Assembly: GCA_963707915.1 (NCBI GenBank)
Contig: OY970178.1
Span: 2,624,001 to 2,688,000 of the forward strand
From: Candidatus Eiseniibacteriota bacterium
GTDB taxonomy: Bacteria; Eisenbacteria; RBG-16-71-46
Reading direction: 5' to 3'
Length of the DNA: 64,000 nt
Below are positions 41,358 to 50,600 of this stretch, in pieces; the stretch's first letter is position 1, and every line of letters begins with the position of its first letter. A model generated the notes under the pieces. The model was not told where the DNA came from, did not search any database, and saw only the letters and a list, made by a program, of their open reading frames with translations. The translations under genes and the position numbers were made by a program.

Positions 41358-42113
41358 TCAGCGATACAGGGTCTTGATCTTGCCCCACGTGGAGGACTGC
41401 GCCGGCACGATCGCGGGCGGGTCCCACTTGCCGTTCGGGTGGGCGCTCCAGCCGGTCGGCAGCGGACAGGTGCCGACCGGGGAACCGGCCGGCGGCACCG
41501 GGCACCAGAGGCCGTCCATCAGGTTGACGGAGTTGTCGACCCGGCCGAAGAGCGTCCCGCCGGTGCACTGGTAGTTCGCCCTGAAACTGCTGGTGTACGA
41601 CCCGAGGCTGCTCCGCGTGATGATCACGTTCAGCGAATCCGGGAACACCCCGCTCAGGATCAGGGTGCCGTCCACGAAAGCATCGGGGACGACCCCGGCC
41701 GCGGGAAGTGCCGGCAGCGTGGCCGTGGTCGGCGCGTTGCGCGGGGAGCCCGCGTAGATGCGGAAGCCGCCGCCCAAGTACTTCGTCGTGTACCTCGTGC
41801 TCGAGCCGAGGGCCCGGGTGACCGTCCCCTGCGAGACCAGGCCGTCCCAGACGAAGGTGTACTCGGTGTTGGGATCCAGCGGGTTGAGGTCGGTGAACGG
41901 ACTGCAGAACAGCGACACGATGCCCACCACCGTGAGCTGGCTGCCCGCCGCGGACGTCAGCGTCCCGGGCGTGTAGTTCGTCTCGTAGGCGAAGGCGTCG
42001 GCGTCGAACTTGATCATCGGCGGCGCGGAGCCGCACTGGGCGAGCGCCAGCGTCGCGGACAGCGCCGTGGCCGCCAACCCGACGACCACCGCCACCCCGA
42101 ACTTGCTCTTCAT
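41358..42113 (-). CDS. Secreted hypothetical protein with C-terminal STWGKIKTLYR
   Basis: GGAGG RBS; signal peptide MKSKFG..ALA-Q; paralog of the adjacent gene. Confidence 0.85.
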   Translation of the reverse strand: MKSKFGVAVVVGLAATALSATLALAQCGSAPPMIKFDADAFAYETNYTPGTLTSAAGSQLTVVGIVSLFCSPFTDLNPLDPNTEYTFVWDGLVSQGTVTRALGSSTRYTTKYLGGGFRIYAGSPRNAPTTATLPALPAAGVVPDAFVDGTLILSGVFPDSLNVIITRSSLGSYTSSFRANYQCTGGTLFGRVDNSVNLMDGLWCPVPPAGSPVGTCPLPTGWSAHPNGKWDPPAIVPAQSSTWGKIKTLYR

Positions 42114-42166
42114 AAGGATACCTCCATCACGAAGTCGCCCGGACATTGCCGGAAGCGGAGTCGAGG

Positions 42167-42847
42167 TTAGCGGTAGAGGGCCTTGATGGCGCCCCAGGTC
42201 TTGTGAGCAGCCGGCACCGGTCCGGGGATGCGGCACTCGCCGGAGATCTGGTGGTCGTAGCCATCGGGGATCGACGGGTTGGGCCGCCCGGCGAGACCGG
42301 AGAGCGTCCAGCCGTCGCGCTGCGCCGGGGGGATCTGGGCGAGCAGCGTGCCCTCGTCGAAGTGGATGTTCCCGGTGAATCCGCCCTGCTGGGCCACGTC
42401 GTCATAGCTCAGCACCATGGACTCGATATGCCCGCCGAGGATCACCGTGCCGTCGATGAACGACGACGGCGCCGTCGCGTTGGGCGGGATGACGCCGTAG
42501 GTGGCCGGCGTCACGTCGTCCTCGTAGAAGCGGCCGCGTCCCGGGTTCGCGAACACGACCTCGGTGTAGCCGCCTTCGTAGAAGTAGTCCTGCACGGTGA
42601 GGTCGTAGTAGAAGTACGTGTACTGCTTCGTGGCGGGGGACACGTACGGCGCGAGGTACGCGCCGAAGGAGCTCACGAAACCGAGCGCCTTGTAGCCTTC
42701 GCCGACCGCCAGGTAGGTGCCGGGGACGGTGTTCGGAGACTGGTAGTCGTAACCCGCGAATCCCAGCAGGAAGACGTCGGTCTGGGCGAACGCGGGCACT
42801 GCAAGCACGCTCAGGGCCAGAAAGAGCAGCAGCGTAGTACGCTTCAT
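42167..42847 (-). CDS. Secreted hypothetical protein with C-terminal KTWGAIKALYR
   Basis: AGGAGG RBS; signal peptide MKRTT..AFA-Q; shares F.DGT.IL.G with its neighbour. Confidence 0.85.
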   Translation of the reverse strand: MKRTTLLLFLALSVLAVPAFAQTDVFLLGFAGYDYQSPNTVPGTYLAVGEGYKALGFVSSFGAYLAPYVSPATKQYTYFYYDLTVQDYFYEGGYTEVVFANPGRGRFYEDDVTPATYGVIPPNATAPSSFIDGTVILGGHIESMVLSYDDVAQQGGFTGNIHFDEGTLLAQIPPAQRDGWTLSGLAGRPNPSIPDGYDHQISGECRIPGPVPAAHKTWGAIKALYR

Positions 42848-43101
42848 CAGCCACCTCCTCGAGGAGTCGGAGTCAGGAGCCTTGATCGGAAGGAAAGAGC
42901 CGGATGGTGCGACCATAAGAAGTAGCTGCGGAGTAGTGAGATGCGCTCCAGTCCGCCTTTCCGGGTCCATACCGCCGAGGCCAGCAGACCCACTGAAGGC
43001 ACGAAACGTCCCCCGCGTCGCGGGGAACCCGAGGGGGATGTGAGCGAACCGCCGCGCGAGGACTTCCCGCCCGCGTGCAGTGGCTCGGCCAACCTGCTGC
43101 G

Positions 43102-43129
43102 AGTATACGTCGGCGTCGAGAGGATGCAA
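43102..43129 (-). promoter_or_regulatory. Candidate sigma70 promoter for the TWG-tail pair
   Basis: TTGCAT-16bp-TATACT on the minus strand, ~250 nt before the ATG. Confidence 0.45.
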
Positions 43130-43310
43130 GACCTGAGAAGGCGCGCGGCGGATGAAGCCGCGGGCGGTCCGGCGAGCCGCGAGGGACCGTCTCCATCGGG
43201 AGACGTGGCCCGCGTCGGACGGTCGGCGGCCGCGCATCGCGCGGCGCCGGCGGGGGTTGCCCGCAGGTCCCTCGCCCCCGGGCCGCGGGGAGACGGTGCC
43301 CGGGCCCGGG

Positions 43311-44318
43311 CTAGGGCCGGGCGCCCAGCGCCAGCGCCAGCCTGGGGAGGCTCCGGTCGTACCGGTACGAGGTGTTCGTGTGCCCGTCGTCGAACTCCTC
43401 GTACTCGTGCGCGACGTCCAGTTCCCGCAGCCGCCGGCTGAAGAGCCGGGCCCCGTGCAGCAGGTTGAACTCGTCCCGCGTTCCGCAGTCGACGTGGAGC
43501 AGCCGCAGGGTTCGCAGCGCCGCGGCGCGCGACTCGAGCATGCGAAGCGGGTCGTGCTCGAGCCAGCGCTTCCAGACCTCCTCGCGGAACGCGCCGGTCT
43601 CGAGGTCGCAGGGCAGGTCGATGCCGAAGGGCGCCGAGCCCGGGTTCGGCGAGTAGGCCGCGGCCATGCCGAGGATGTTGAGCGCGAGCATGTCGTCATG
43701 GCCCTTCTGGCGGCGGGCGTGGAAGCGCGCGAACCAGGCCGCGAGGCCGCCGGCCTGCTGGACCTGGGTGCAGAACTTCGGGACGTCGCCCCGGTAGCAG
43801 TAGTCGAAGTACAGGTCGCCGCTGTGGCAGGCCACCGCGCCGAAGACCTCCGGATGCTTCATGCCGAGGGTGAGCGCCCCGTACCCTCCGGAGGACTTGC
43901 CCGCCACGCCGCGGTGGTCACGCGAGGCGAGCGTGCGGAAGCGCGCGTCGACCCAGGCGACGAGTTCTGCGGCCACGTGCGTCTCGTACCGGCCGGTGGC
44001 GCTCGAGTCCAGGTACTGCGAGCCGCCGAAGCGCGTGAGGCAATCCGGCATGACCAGGATCGCCTCCCCGCAGCCCGCGGCGATGAGGCCGTCCATGCGG
44101 TCGTCGAGCGCCGGCGACCAGGGATTGTCGTTGAGCAGCATGCGCCCGCGCCCGCTGAAGCCGGCGAGCACGAAGATCACCGGGAAGCGCCGCTCGGGAT
44201 CGGTCGCGTAGGACGGCGGCAGGTAGACCGGCACCGTGCGCGCGTGCGGGTCACCGGCGGGGTTGCCCAGCAGGACGGTGCTCTCGAAGCGTTCCATCAG
44301 GACGACGCCGCGCTTCAT
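43311..44318 (-). CDS. Putative esterase (Fes-like alpha/beta hydrolase)
   Basis: VYLPPSY, GKSSGG nucleophile elbow, DCG..DE, EF.DGH. Confidence 0.88.
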   Translation of the reverse strand: MKRGVVLMERFESTVLLGNPAGDPHARTVPVYLPPSYATDPERRFPVIFVLAGFSGRGRMLLNDNPWSPALDDRMDGLIAAGCGEAILVMPDCLTRFGGSQYLDSSATGRYETHVAAELVAWVDARFRTLASRDHRGVAGKSSGGYGALTLGMKHPEVFGAVACHSGDLYFDYCYRGDVPKFCTQVQQAGGLAAWFARFHARRQKGHDDMLALNILGMAAAYSPNPGSAPFGIDLPCDLETGAFREEVWKRWLEHDPLRMLESRAAALRTLRLLHVDCGTRDEFNLLHGARLFSRRLRELDVAHEYEEFDDGHTNTSYRYDRSLPRLALALGARP

Positions 44319-44474
44319 CGGTTCTCCTCCGGCAGGTGTCCCCCGGTCCCGGGGGAGCCCGGAAGATAGTCGCCCCGGGGTCCGAATCCCAATCCGGCGC
44401 GACCTAATCCCCGCGGAGGACCTGCCGATAACCTCCCGGGGCCCGCGACCGGGCACCTCCGCGGGACTCTCGCC

Positions 44475-46067
44475 ATGGAGCGCCTCCCGATGACGTCGCA
44501 ATCCGCATCCGGACTCGCCAGGCTCGATCGCCGAGCGTGGTCGCTGCTGCTGCTGACCTTCGTCGTGGTCATCGCCCTCGCGGCGGCGGTGCCGTTGCTC
44601 TACCTGCCCCAGGCCGGCCTGCTGCGCGAGGTCCCGGGCGGCGGGTTCACGCAGGAGCAGCTCCTGCCGATCGTGGCCCTGTTCGGCATGGTGATCGTCT
44701 TCTGCCTCTACACCGCGCTCAAGCAGCGCGAGCTCGACGCCATGCGCCGCCGCCTCGAGCAGGAGGAGCGCGAGAAGGCGAACGTCGGCACCCGTCTCTC
44801 GGAGCTGTCGGCCCTCTTCCAGCTCTCGACCACCCTGAACCTGCAGCTCCAGCTGGAGGACATCCTCGAGATCGTGGTGCGCCGCGTGGTCGCCACGCTC
44901 CAGGCCCAGCAGGCCTCGGTCATGATCCTCGATCCCGAGACCGGCCTGCTGGAGACCCGCGCCTCCTACGGTCTCGAGTCGGAATTCGCGCGCCACGCGC
45001 GCCGGAAGCTGGGAGAGGGCATCTCGGGCTGGGTGGCGGAGCGCCGCGAGGCGCTCCAGCTGGACTCGGGCGCCGGCATGGGCGCCTTCCAGGGCGAGCA
45101 CAAGGACAACCGGAACATCACCTCGGCGCTCTCGCTTCCGCTCCTGGTCGGCAAGCGCTGCGTGGGCGTGCTCAACGTCAACCGGATCAACCACCCCGAG
45201 AACTTCCAGGACCACCATCGCGAGGTGCTCCAGCTCTTCGCCGAGCACGTCGGCTCGGTCATCGAGCGCGCCGGGGCCATGGAGCGCCTCGGGAGCCGGA
45301 CCCGCGAGCTGGAGACCGCGAACCGGAAGCTGCTGGAGGTGAACCACCTCAAGGACGTCTTCCTCTCCACCGCCAGTCACGAGCTCAAGACCCCGCTCAC
45401 GTCGGTCATCGGTTACGCCGAGCTGCTCGACGACAACGACGAGCGCATGACCCACCAGCAGCGCGGCGAGTTCCTGCGGCGCCTGCGCGCCGAAGCGGGC
45501 CGCCTGCTGGGGCTGATCGACGACATCCTCGACCTGGCCCGGATCGAGGGCGGCAAGCTCGCGCTGCGCTGCGTCTCGATGTCCGTCAACGAGGTGGCGC
45601 ACTCGGCCGTGGAGACCACGCGCGTGCTCGCCCGGAAGCACGGGGTCGAACTGGTCGAGCGGCTCGATCCCCTCCTCCCGCACCTGGCGCTGGACGAAGT
45701 CAAGATGCGGCAGGCGGTGGTGAACCTGCTGGTGAACGCCGTGAAGTTCAGCCCGGAGGGCGGGGAGGTGGTGCTCGAGACCCTGCGGGACGGCGACTTC
45801 CTGCGGATCCAGGTGGTCGACCGGGGCGCGGGTATCCCGCCCGGGGAGTCGGCGCACATCTTCGAGCTGTTCGGCCAGGGCGAGCGTGGCGCGCGGGCGG
45901 GCGGGCTCGGCATCGGGCTCCACCTGGTCAAGCGCCTCACCGAGCTGCACGGCGGCCACGTGGGCGTGAACAGCAGCGTCGGCCAGGGCAGCACGTTCTG
46001 GCTGCGCCTGCCGCTGGAAGCGGTCGAACCCGCGGAGGCGGGCGAAGTCCAGCGCCAGGCGGCCTGA
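44475..46067 (+). CDS. GAF-domain sensor histidine kinase
   Basis: 2 TMs, GAF (GEGISGWV..GVLNV), SHELKTPL, NLL.NAVKF, D.GAGI, GLGIGL. Confidence 0.93.
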   Translation: MERLPMTSQSASGLARLDRRAWSLLLLTFVVVIALAAAVPLLYLPQAGLLREVPGGGFTQEQLLPIVALFGMVIVFCLYTALKQRELDAMRRRLEQEEREKANVGTRLSELSALFQLSTTLNLQLQLEDILEIVVRRVVATLQAQQASVMILDPETGLLETRASYGLESEFARHARRKLGEGISGWVAERREALQLDSGAGMGAFQGEHKDNRNITSALSLPLLVGKRCVGVLNVNRINHPENFQDHHREVLQLFAEHVGSVIERAGAMERLGSRTRELETANRKLLEVNHLKDVFLSTASHELKTPLTSVIGYAELLDDNDERMTHQQRGEFLRRLRAEAGRLLGLIDDILDLARIEGGKLALRCVSMSVNEVAHSAVETTRVLARKHGVELVERLDPLLPHLALDEVKMRQAVVNLLVNAVKFSPEGGEVVLETLRDGDFLRIQVVDRGAGIPPGESAHIFELFGQGERGARAGGLGIGLHLVKRLTELHGGHVGVNSSVGQGSTFWLRLPLEAVEPAEAGEVQRQAA

Positions 46068-46080
46068 CCGCCGCCCACCG

Positions 46081-47640
46081 CTAGGCGGCCAGCGGCATCC
46101 CGGGATACTCGTCCGCCGCGAGCGCGCGGGTCACGCCCAGCTCCGCCGGCAGCGGACGCAGCTCCTTCGCCTCGATCGCGGAGAATGGCACCCCGCACTC
46201 GTCCATGATCACCCGCACGTGGGGCCGCGAGAGGTCCTGCCGGTTCGGCGCGAGCACCACCGCGGTCCGGCCGTCGCCGAGCTCCACCAGCTGGCCCGGG
46301 GGGAAGAAGCCCACCGATCGCACCAGCGCCCACAGCGCGACCGGGTCGAAACGGTCCGCGAGAGGCCCGATCGTCGCGCCCAGCGCCTGGTAGGGGGTGA
46401 CGCTCCCGCCCCGCCCGCCGTGGTGGGTCTGCAGGCTCACGAAGCAGTCGGCGACCGCGACGACCGCGGAGAGCCGGCTGGTGCGCCAGCCCTCCGGAAG
46501 TCGCGGATACCCGGCGACCTCCGCCGGGGTGCCCGGCGCTCCGCCGTCCTGCGCGGCGCGTGCGGCGTGGTGTTCGAGCGCCACGCGCATGCAGCGCAGG
46601 GTGGAGGAGTTGAGCGCGGTCGAACGCGCGATGAGCTTCGCGCCCTCCAGCGGGTGGCTGTCGGCCAGCCTCCGCTCCTCCCCGGTCCGCTCCTCCAGCG
46701 GGTGGCGGATCCGATCGTAGACCGCCGACTTCCCCACGTCGTGGAGCAGGGCGGCGACCCCGAGGTCGGCGAGCGCCCGGCGGTCGAGCCCGAGGAGGTG
46801 CCCCATGGTCACGGCCACGACGCAGACGTTGACCGCGTGAACGTACGTCGGCTCGTCGTGGTGGCTCAGGCTCGAGAGCCCGACCACGACGGGCTCGTCC
46901 GCGAACGCCCCGTCGACGAGCGGCTGCACCACGCGCTTGGCGTGGTGCAGCTCCAGGCCGCCCTGCAGGGCGGTCGTGGTGAGCAGCGAGCGCGCACCGA
47001 GGATGGCCAGCGAGTAGCTCTTGCCCATGGTGGGCCGCACGTCGGCGGCGCCGCCGCCCCGGGCAAGGCCGGGCCCGCCGCCCGGTCCGGGCCTGCCGCC
47101 CGCGGCGGTCGCGTCCCCGTGGGACGCGGTCGCGAAGCCGTCCAGGACGACCGGGTCGGCCGGGTCGCTGGTCCGGGTCGAGGCGTGCACGACGGGCACG
47201 GCGTGGCCCAGGCCCTCGGCGGCGCAGGCCTCGAGGAGCGCGGTGCCGTGGTAGGTGTCGGGTTGCAGGAAGTAGCGGAAGAAGCCCTCGAGCTGGGGCT
47301 CCGTGACGCTCTCCAGGACGCGCACCCCCGCGATGCCGCGGCGCGAGAACTCCTGCATGAGCGCCTGGTGGAAGCGCAGGGTCGCGGCCTTGACCGGCAG
47401 CCTCACCCCGTTCAGGTACAGGTCGCTGTCGAGCGAGATGAGCACGGCTTCGGGCGCCTCGGCGAAGACCGGACCGAGCGATTCGAAGAAGGTGACCAGT
47501 TGCTGGCGGAAGACCTGGTTGTCGACCTGGTAGGAACGGCCGATGCGCACCAGCGCGAGGAAGCGCATGGTGATGGCGAGGCCCTGTTCGCGCAGCCGCT
47601 CGTCGCGGGGGCGGCTCGTGGGCGGAAGGCCGTCGCTCAT
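46081..47640 (-). CDS. HD-GYP-like domain protein
   Basis: YVHAVNV, ALLHDVGK, HP..GA, EHH, GYP, VADCF. Confidence 0.82.
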   Translation of the reverse strand: MSDGLPPTSRPRDERLREQGLAITMRFLALVRIGRSYQVDNQVFRQQLVTFFESLGPVFAEAPEAVLISLDSDLYLNGVRLPVKAATLRFHQALMQEFSRRGIAGVRVLESVTEPQLEGFFRYFLQPDTYHGTALLEACAAEGLGHAVPVVHASTRTSDPADPVVLDGFATASHGDATAAGGRPGPGGGPGLARGGGAADVRPTMGKSYSLAILGARSLLTTTALQGGLELHHAKRVVQPLVDGAFADEPVVVGLSSLSHHDEPTYVHAVNVCVVAVTMGHLLGLDRRALADLGVAALLHDVGKSAVYDRIRHPLEERTGEERRLADSHPLEGAKLIARSTALNSSTLRCMRVALEHHAARAAQDGGAPGTPAEVAGYPRLPEGWRTSRLSAVVAVADCFVSLQTHHGGRGGSVTPYQALGATIGPLADRFDPVALWALVRSVGFFPPGQLVELGDGRTAVVLAPNRQDLSRPHVRVIMDECGVPFSAIEAKELRPLPAELGVTRALAADEYPGMPLAA

Positions 47641-49394
47641 GGCCGGTTCCGCGCGCCGAGGGCTTCGAGGCACACCGCGCGCACTTCCTGGCTGCGGGCG
47701 TTCAGGCCGGCTTCGAGTGCGGACATCGCGGCGGGGGTGCCGATCTGGCGCAGGGTGCGGGCGACCGCCACGCGCTGGAAGGTGCGGCGCGCGAACCAGC
47801 CCCCCTTGTGCAGCAGCGCCTCGAGTGCCGGTACCGCGGGGTCGCCGGCGACGTCGCCCAGCGCGCCGAACAGCGTGCGCTGGTTGCCCTCGTCGCGCGA
47901 TTCGAAGTCGGGAGACTCGATGAGGGCCAGGATGGCGCGTGCGGCCCGCGGGCTCTTCTCCCGGGTCAGCATGTTGAGCGTGGCGGCCAGCAGCCTCTGG
48001 TCGCGCGTGTCGAGCTGCTCGAGGAGCAGCGGATGGCGCTCCTCGGGCGGGACCGAACCGAGCGCCTGGACCAGCTGGCGGCGCACGCGCGGCTCGGGAT
48101 GCCGGGCGACGGAGCGCAGCATCGGCACGATCGCCGGACCGCCGATCTGGCCGAGCACGAAGACGACGTTGCGCACCAGGTGCCAGCGCGAGTCGGCGAT
48201 CCAGGGCGCGAGCAGTTGCGGATCGTCGGCGCAGAGGTAGCACAAGGCGGTCGCGGTGGCGGCCCGCGTCCGCGCCTTGTCGGCCCGCGCCATGATGTCC
48301 ACGCAGAGGCCGACGGCCGGCGCGCCGAGCGCCACGATGAACGCGGCGAAGAGCCCCTGGTCGGAGGCCTCGCCTTCGTCGAAGCGGTCGGCGATGGCCC
48401 CGGTGTCGAGCCCCGCGAGCGCGGCGGCCAGCTCGTCGCCGACCAAGCCGCGGTCCGGATCGAGCTCGTTGAGCAGGTCGAGCGCGGACCGCGCCTCGCT
48501 CCAGGCCATCTGCTGGAGCGCCGAGGCGAGCCAGGTGATGACCGAGCGTCCGAGTGCCCGGCGCATGTCCTCCGACGGGTCGAGGGCCTGGAGGCCGCGC
48601 AGCAGGACCGGCGCCTGCTCGGTCCACGCGGCGGAGTCCTCGCGGTCCCAGTCCGCGAGGAAGGCGGAGCGGGTCGCCTCGGCCGTCGGGCCGAAGCGGG
48701 CGAAGGCGCCGGGCACGTCCACCGTCTCGTCGGGCAGGGGCCAGTCGTCGAAGGTGTCGCGATGGAGACCCGGCGCGCCCGCGGCCTGGCCCAGGTCGGC
48801 GCGGATCTCCGTCCCGGCGGGTGACCAGGCGAAGACCTGGCCCCGCCCGTCGGCATCGGCCCCTTCCGGGCCGCCGCCGGCCCGCGAGACGTAGATGGTC
48901 TGCTCGAGCGGTACCGCGTCGATCCGGACGTGCGGGAGGTTGGCCTGCCACAGGAGGGTGACGAGGTCGTCCTGCCGGCTGGTCTCGCAGGCGACGTCGC
49001 GAATGATCTGGAGGAACGTGTCCACCTCGCCGCGCGTGACGTCCGCGCCGATCGTGAGCCCGCGGATGCCGTCGCGGTAGAAGAGGAACGGCAACTGGTC
49101 CGTTACGCTGATGACGCGCTCGGCGTCATGGGTCGGCGGGGTGACGCGGACGATGGACTCGCCGTCGAGGAAGATCTGGGTGGCCGAGAAGCGGAGCTGC
49201 CAGTCACCATGGGCCGACACCAGGCCGGCCAGCGTCGCCGCGGCGGCGGCCTGGGCTTCCAAGGCGTTGGGATTGACCCAGTTATATAGTCGGAACAGGC
49301 GCAGCGAGCGTGCCAGCTGCCGGAACCAGGCGGTGGCCGCCTGGGCTTCCGGAGAGAGATCCCTCGGCGATTGCGTGCTGGGAACGGATGTCAT
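47637..49394 (-). CDS. HEAT-repeat protein
   Basis: [23 protein letters not shown] helical repeats; N-domain similar to that of the downstream HD protein; coupled stop/start. Confidence 0.78.
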   Translation of the reverse strand: MTSVPSTQSPRDLSPEAQAATAWFRQLARSLRLFRLYNWVNPNALEAQAAAAATLAGLVSAHGDWQLRFSATQIFLDGESIVRVTPPTHDAERVISVTDQLPFLFYRDGIRGLTIGADVTRGEVDTFLQIIRDVACETSRQDDLVTLLWQANLPHVRIDAVPLEQTIYVSRAGGGPEGADADGRGQVFAWSPAGTEIRADLGQAAGAPGLHRDTFDDWPLPDETVDVPGAFARFGPTAEATRSAFLADWDREDSAAWTEQAPVLLRGLQALDPSEDMRRALGRSVITWLASALQQMAWSEARSALDLLNELDPDRGLVGDELAAALAGLDTGAIADRFDEGEASDQGLFAAFIVALGAPAVGLCVDIMARADKARTRAATATALCYLCADDPQLLAPWIADSRWHLVRNVVFVLGQIGGPAIVPMLRSVARHPEPRVRRQLVQALGSVPPEERHPLLLEQLDTRDQRLLAATLNMLTREKSPRAARAILALIESPDFESRDEGNQRTLFGALGDVAGDPAVPALEALLHKGGWFARRTFQRVAVARTLRQIGTPAAMSALEAGLNARSQEVRAVCLEALGARNRP

Positions 49395-49611
49395 GACGCT
49401 CCAGGACCTGGCCGACGGGGTGGATTCGACCATTTCGGGGGTCCGCACCCGGGCCGGGAGAGGGGGAGCCCTGGGCCCTCGAACAGTTCATCGGCAGCAC
49501 CCGGCCGGGTATTGAGGGGCGCAACCGGGGGGGCCAGGGCCGCGCTTTCCCGCGGGATCGGGGACCGTGGCCTCCCCCAGGGCCGTTCGCCGCCCCCGGC
49601 CGCGCGCCGCC

Positions 49612-49641
49612 TTGACTCGAGATGGGGCTCTCCCTTAACCT
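49612..49641 (+). promoter_or_regulatory. Candidate sigma70 promoter of rpmH
   Basis: TTGACT-18bp-TAACCT. Confidence 0.5.
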
Positions 49642-49694
49642 CCGACGCTCCTCAAGTCATCGCAATCCACTGTGCAATCGAGGTATCCCTACCC

Positions 49695-49844
49695 ATGCAG
49701 CGCACCTACCGCCCCCGCAATCGCCACCGGAAGAAGACCCACGGTTTCCGGCAGCGCATGAAGACCAAGGGCGGCCGCAAGGTACTTGCAGCCCGGCGCA
49801 AGACGGGTCGCAAGCGCTTGACCGTCTCGAAGCCGAAGTCCTAG
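49695..49844 (+). CDS. rpmH: 50S ribosomal protein L34
   Basis: [34 protein letters not shown]. Confidence 0.97.
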   Translation: MQRTYRPRNRHRKKTHGFRQRMKTKGGRKVLAARRKTGRKRLTVSKPKS

Positions 49845-49997
49845 CGCGCGGCTCGTCATCCTTTGCGGTCCTTCCTTCTGGGTCACCAGCCCGTCATGGG
49901 CTGTGGGCTGGCACCTTTCGCATGTCTGGCCGTGGTCGCGCCGGGTCCCGATGACGGCGCGCCCGCGTTCCGGAGCCGGAGCACCGGACCGACCTTG

Positions 49998-50396
49998 ATG
50001 ACCGTGGAACGCCGCGAGCGGCTGACTCCCGAGCACCGGCTGACTTCGTCGCTGCACCACGCGGCGGTCAAGGAGTCGGGCGTCGCGTTCCGAGGCCGCT
50101 ACTGCCTGATGGTGGTGCTGCCGCGCCCCGGTGAGCCGACCCGTTTCGGCTTCGTCGCCAGCCGCAAGTCGGTGGGCGGGGCGGTCCAGCGCAACCGGGC
50201 CCGTCGCCGGCTGCGGGAACTGGTGCGTCGTCGCTGGCCGCGCCTGAGCGAGCACGGCTACTGGATCGAGTTCATCGCCTTCCGCGGAGTGCTCGCCGCG
50301 CCCCACCAGGAGCTGGCCACCGAAGTCGAGCACCTGCTGGCGCGTGCCGGCGCGCTCGCGCCCGCGCGCGTCCCGGGAGCCCTGGGCCATGCGTAG
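49998..50396 (+). CDS. rnpA: Ribonuclease P protein component
   Basis: [26 protein letters not shown]. Confidence 0.93.
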   Translation: MTVERRERLTPEHRLTSSLHHAAVKESGVAFRGRYCLMVVLPRPGEPTRFGFVASRKSVGGAVQRNRARRRLRELVRRRWPRLSEHGYWIEFIAFRGVLAAPHQELATEVEHLLARAGALAPARVPGALGHA

Positions 50397-50598
50397 CCCG
50401 GCGCTCCTGCTGCTCCGCCTCTACCAGGTTCTGCTCTCGCCGGTCTTCCGCGGCTCCTGCCGGCACTTGCCCTCGTGCTCGGAGTACGCGCGCGAGGCCG
50501 TCGAACGCCACGGCGCGACTCGCGGACTGTGGCTTGCCCTGCGGCGCCTCACGCGCTGCCACCCGCTCGGTTCGAGCGGATACGACCCGGTGCCCTGA
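50389..50598 (+). CDS. yidD: Membrane protein insertion efficiency factor
   Basis: YQ..LSP..CR..PSCSEY..RCHP..GYDPVP. Confidence 0.95.
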   Translation: MRSPALLLLRLYQVLLSPVFRGSCRHLPSCSEYAREAVERHGATRGLWLALRRLTRCHPLGSSGYDPVP

Positions 50599-50600
50599 CC

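Noticed and set aside
49415..49435. GGGG..GGATTCGAC resembling a tmRNA 5' end
   Set aside because: Spacing does not fit and no matching 3' tRNA-like end or tag ORF was found
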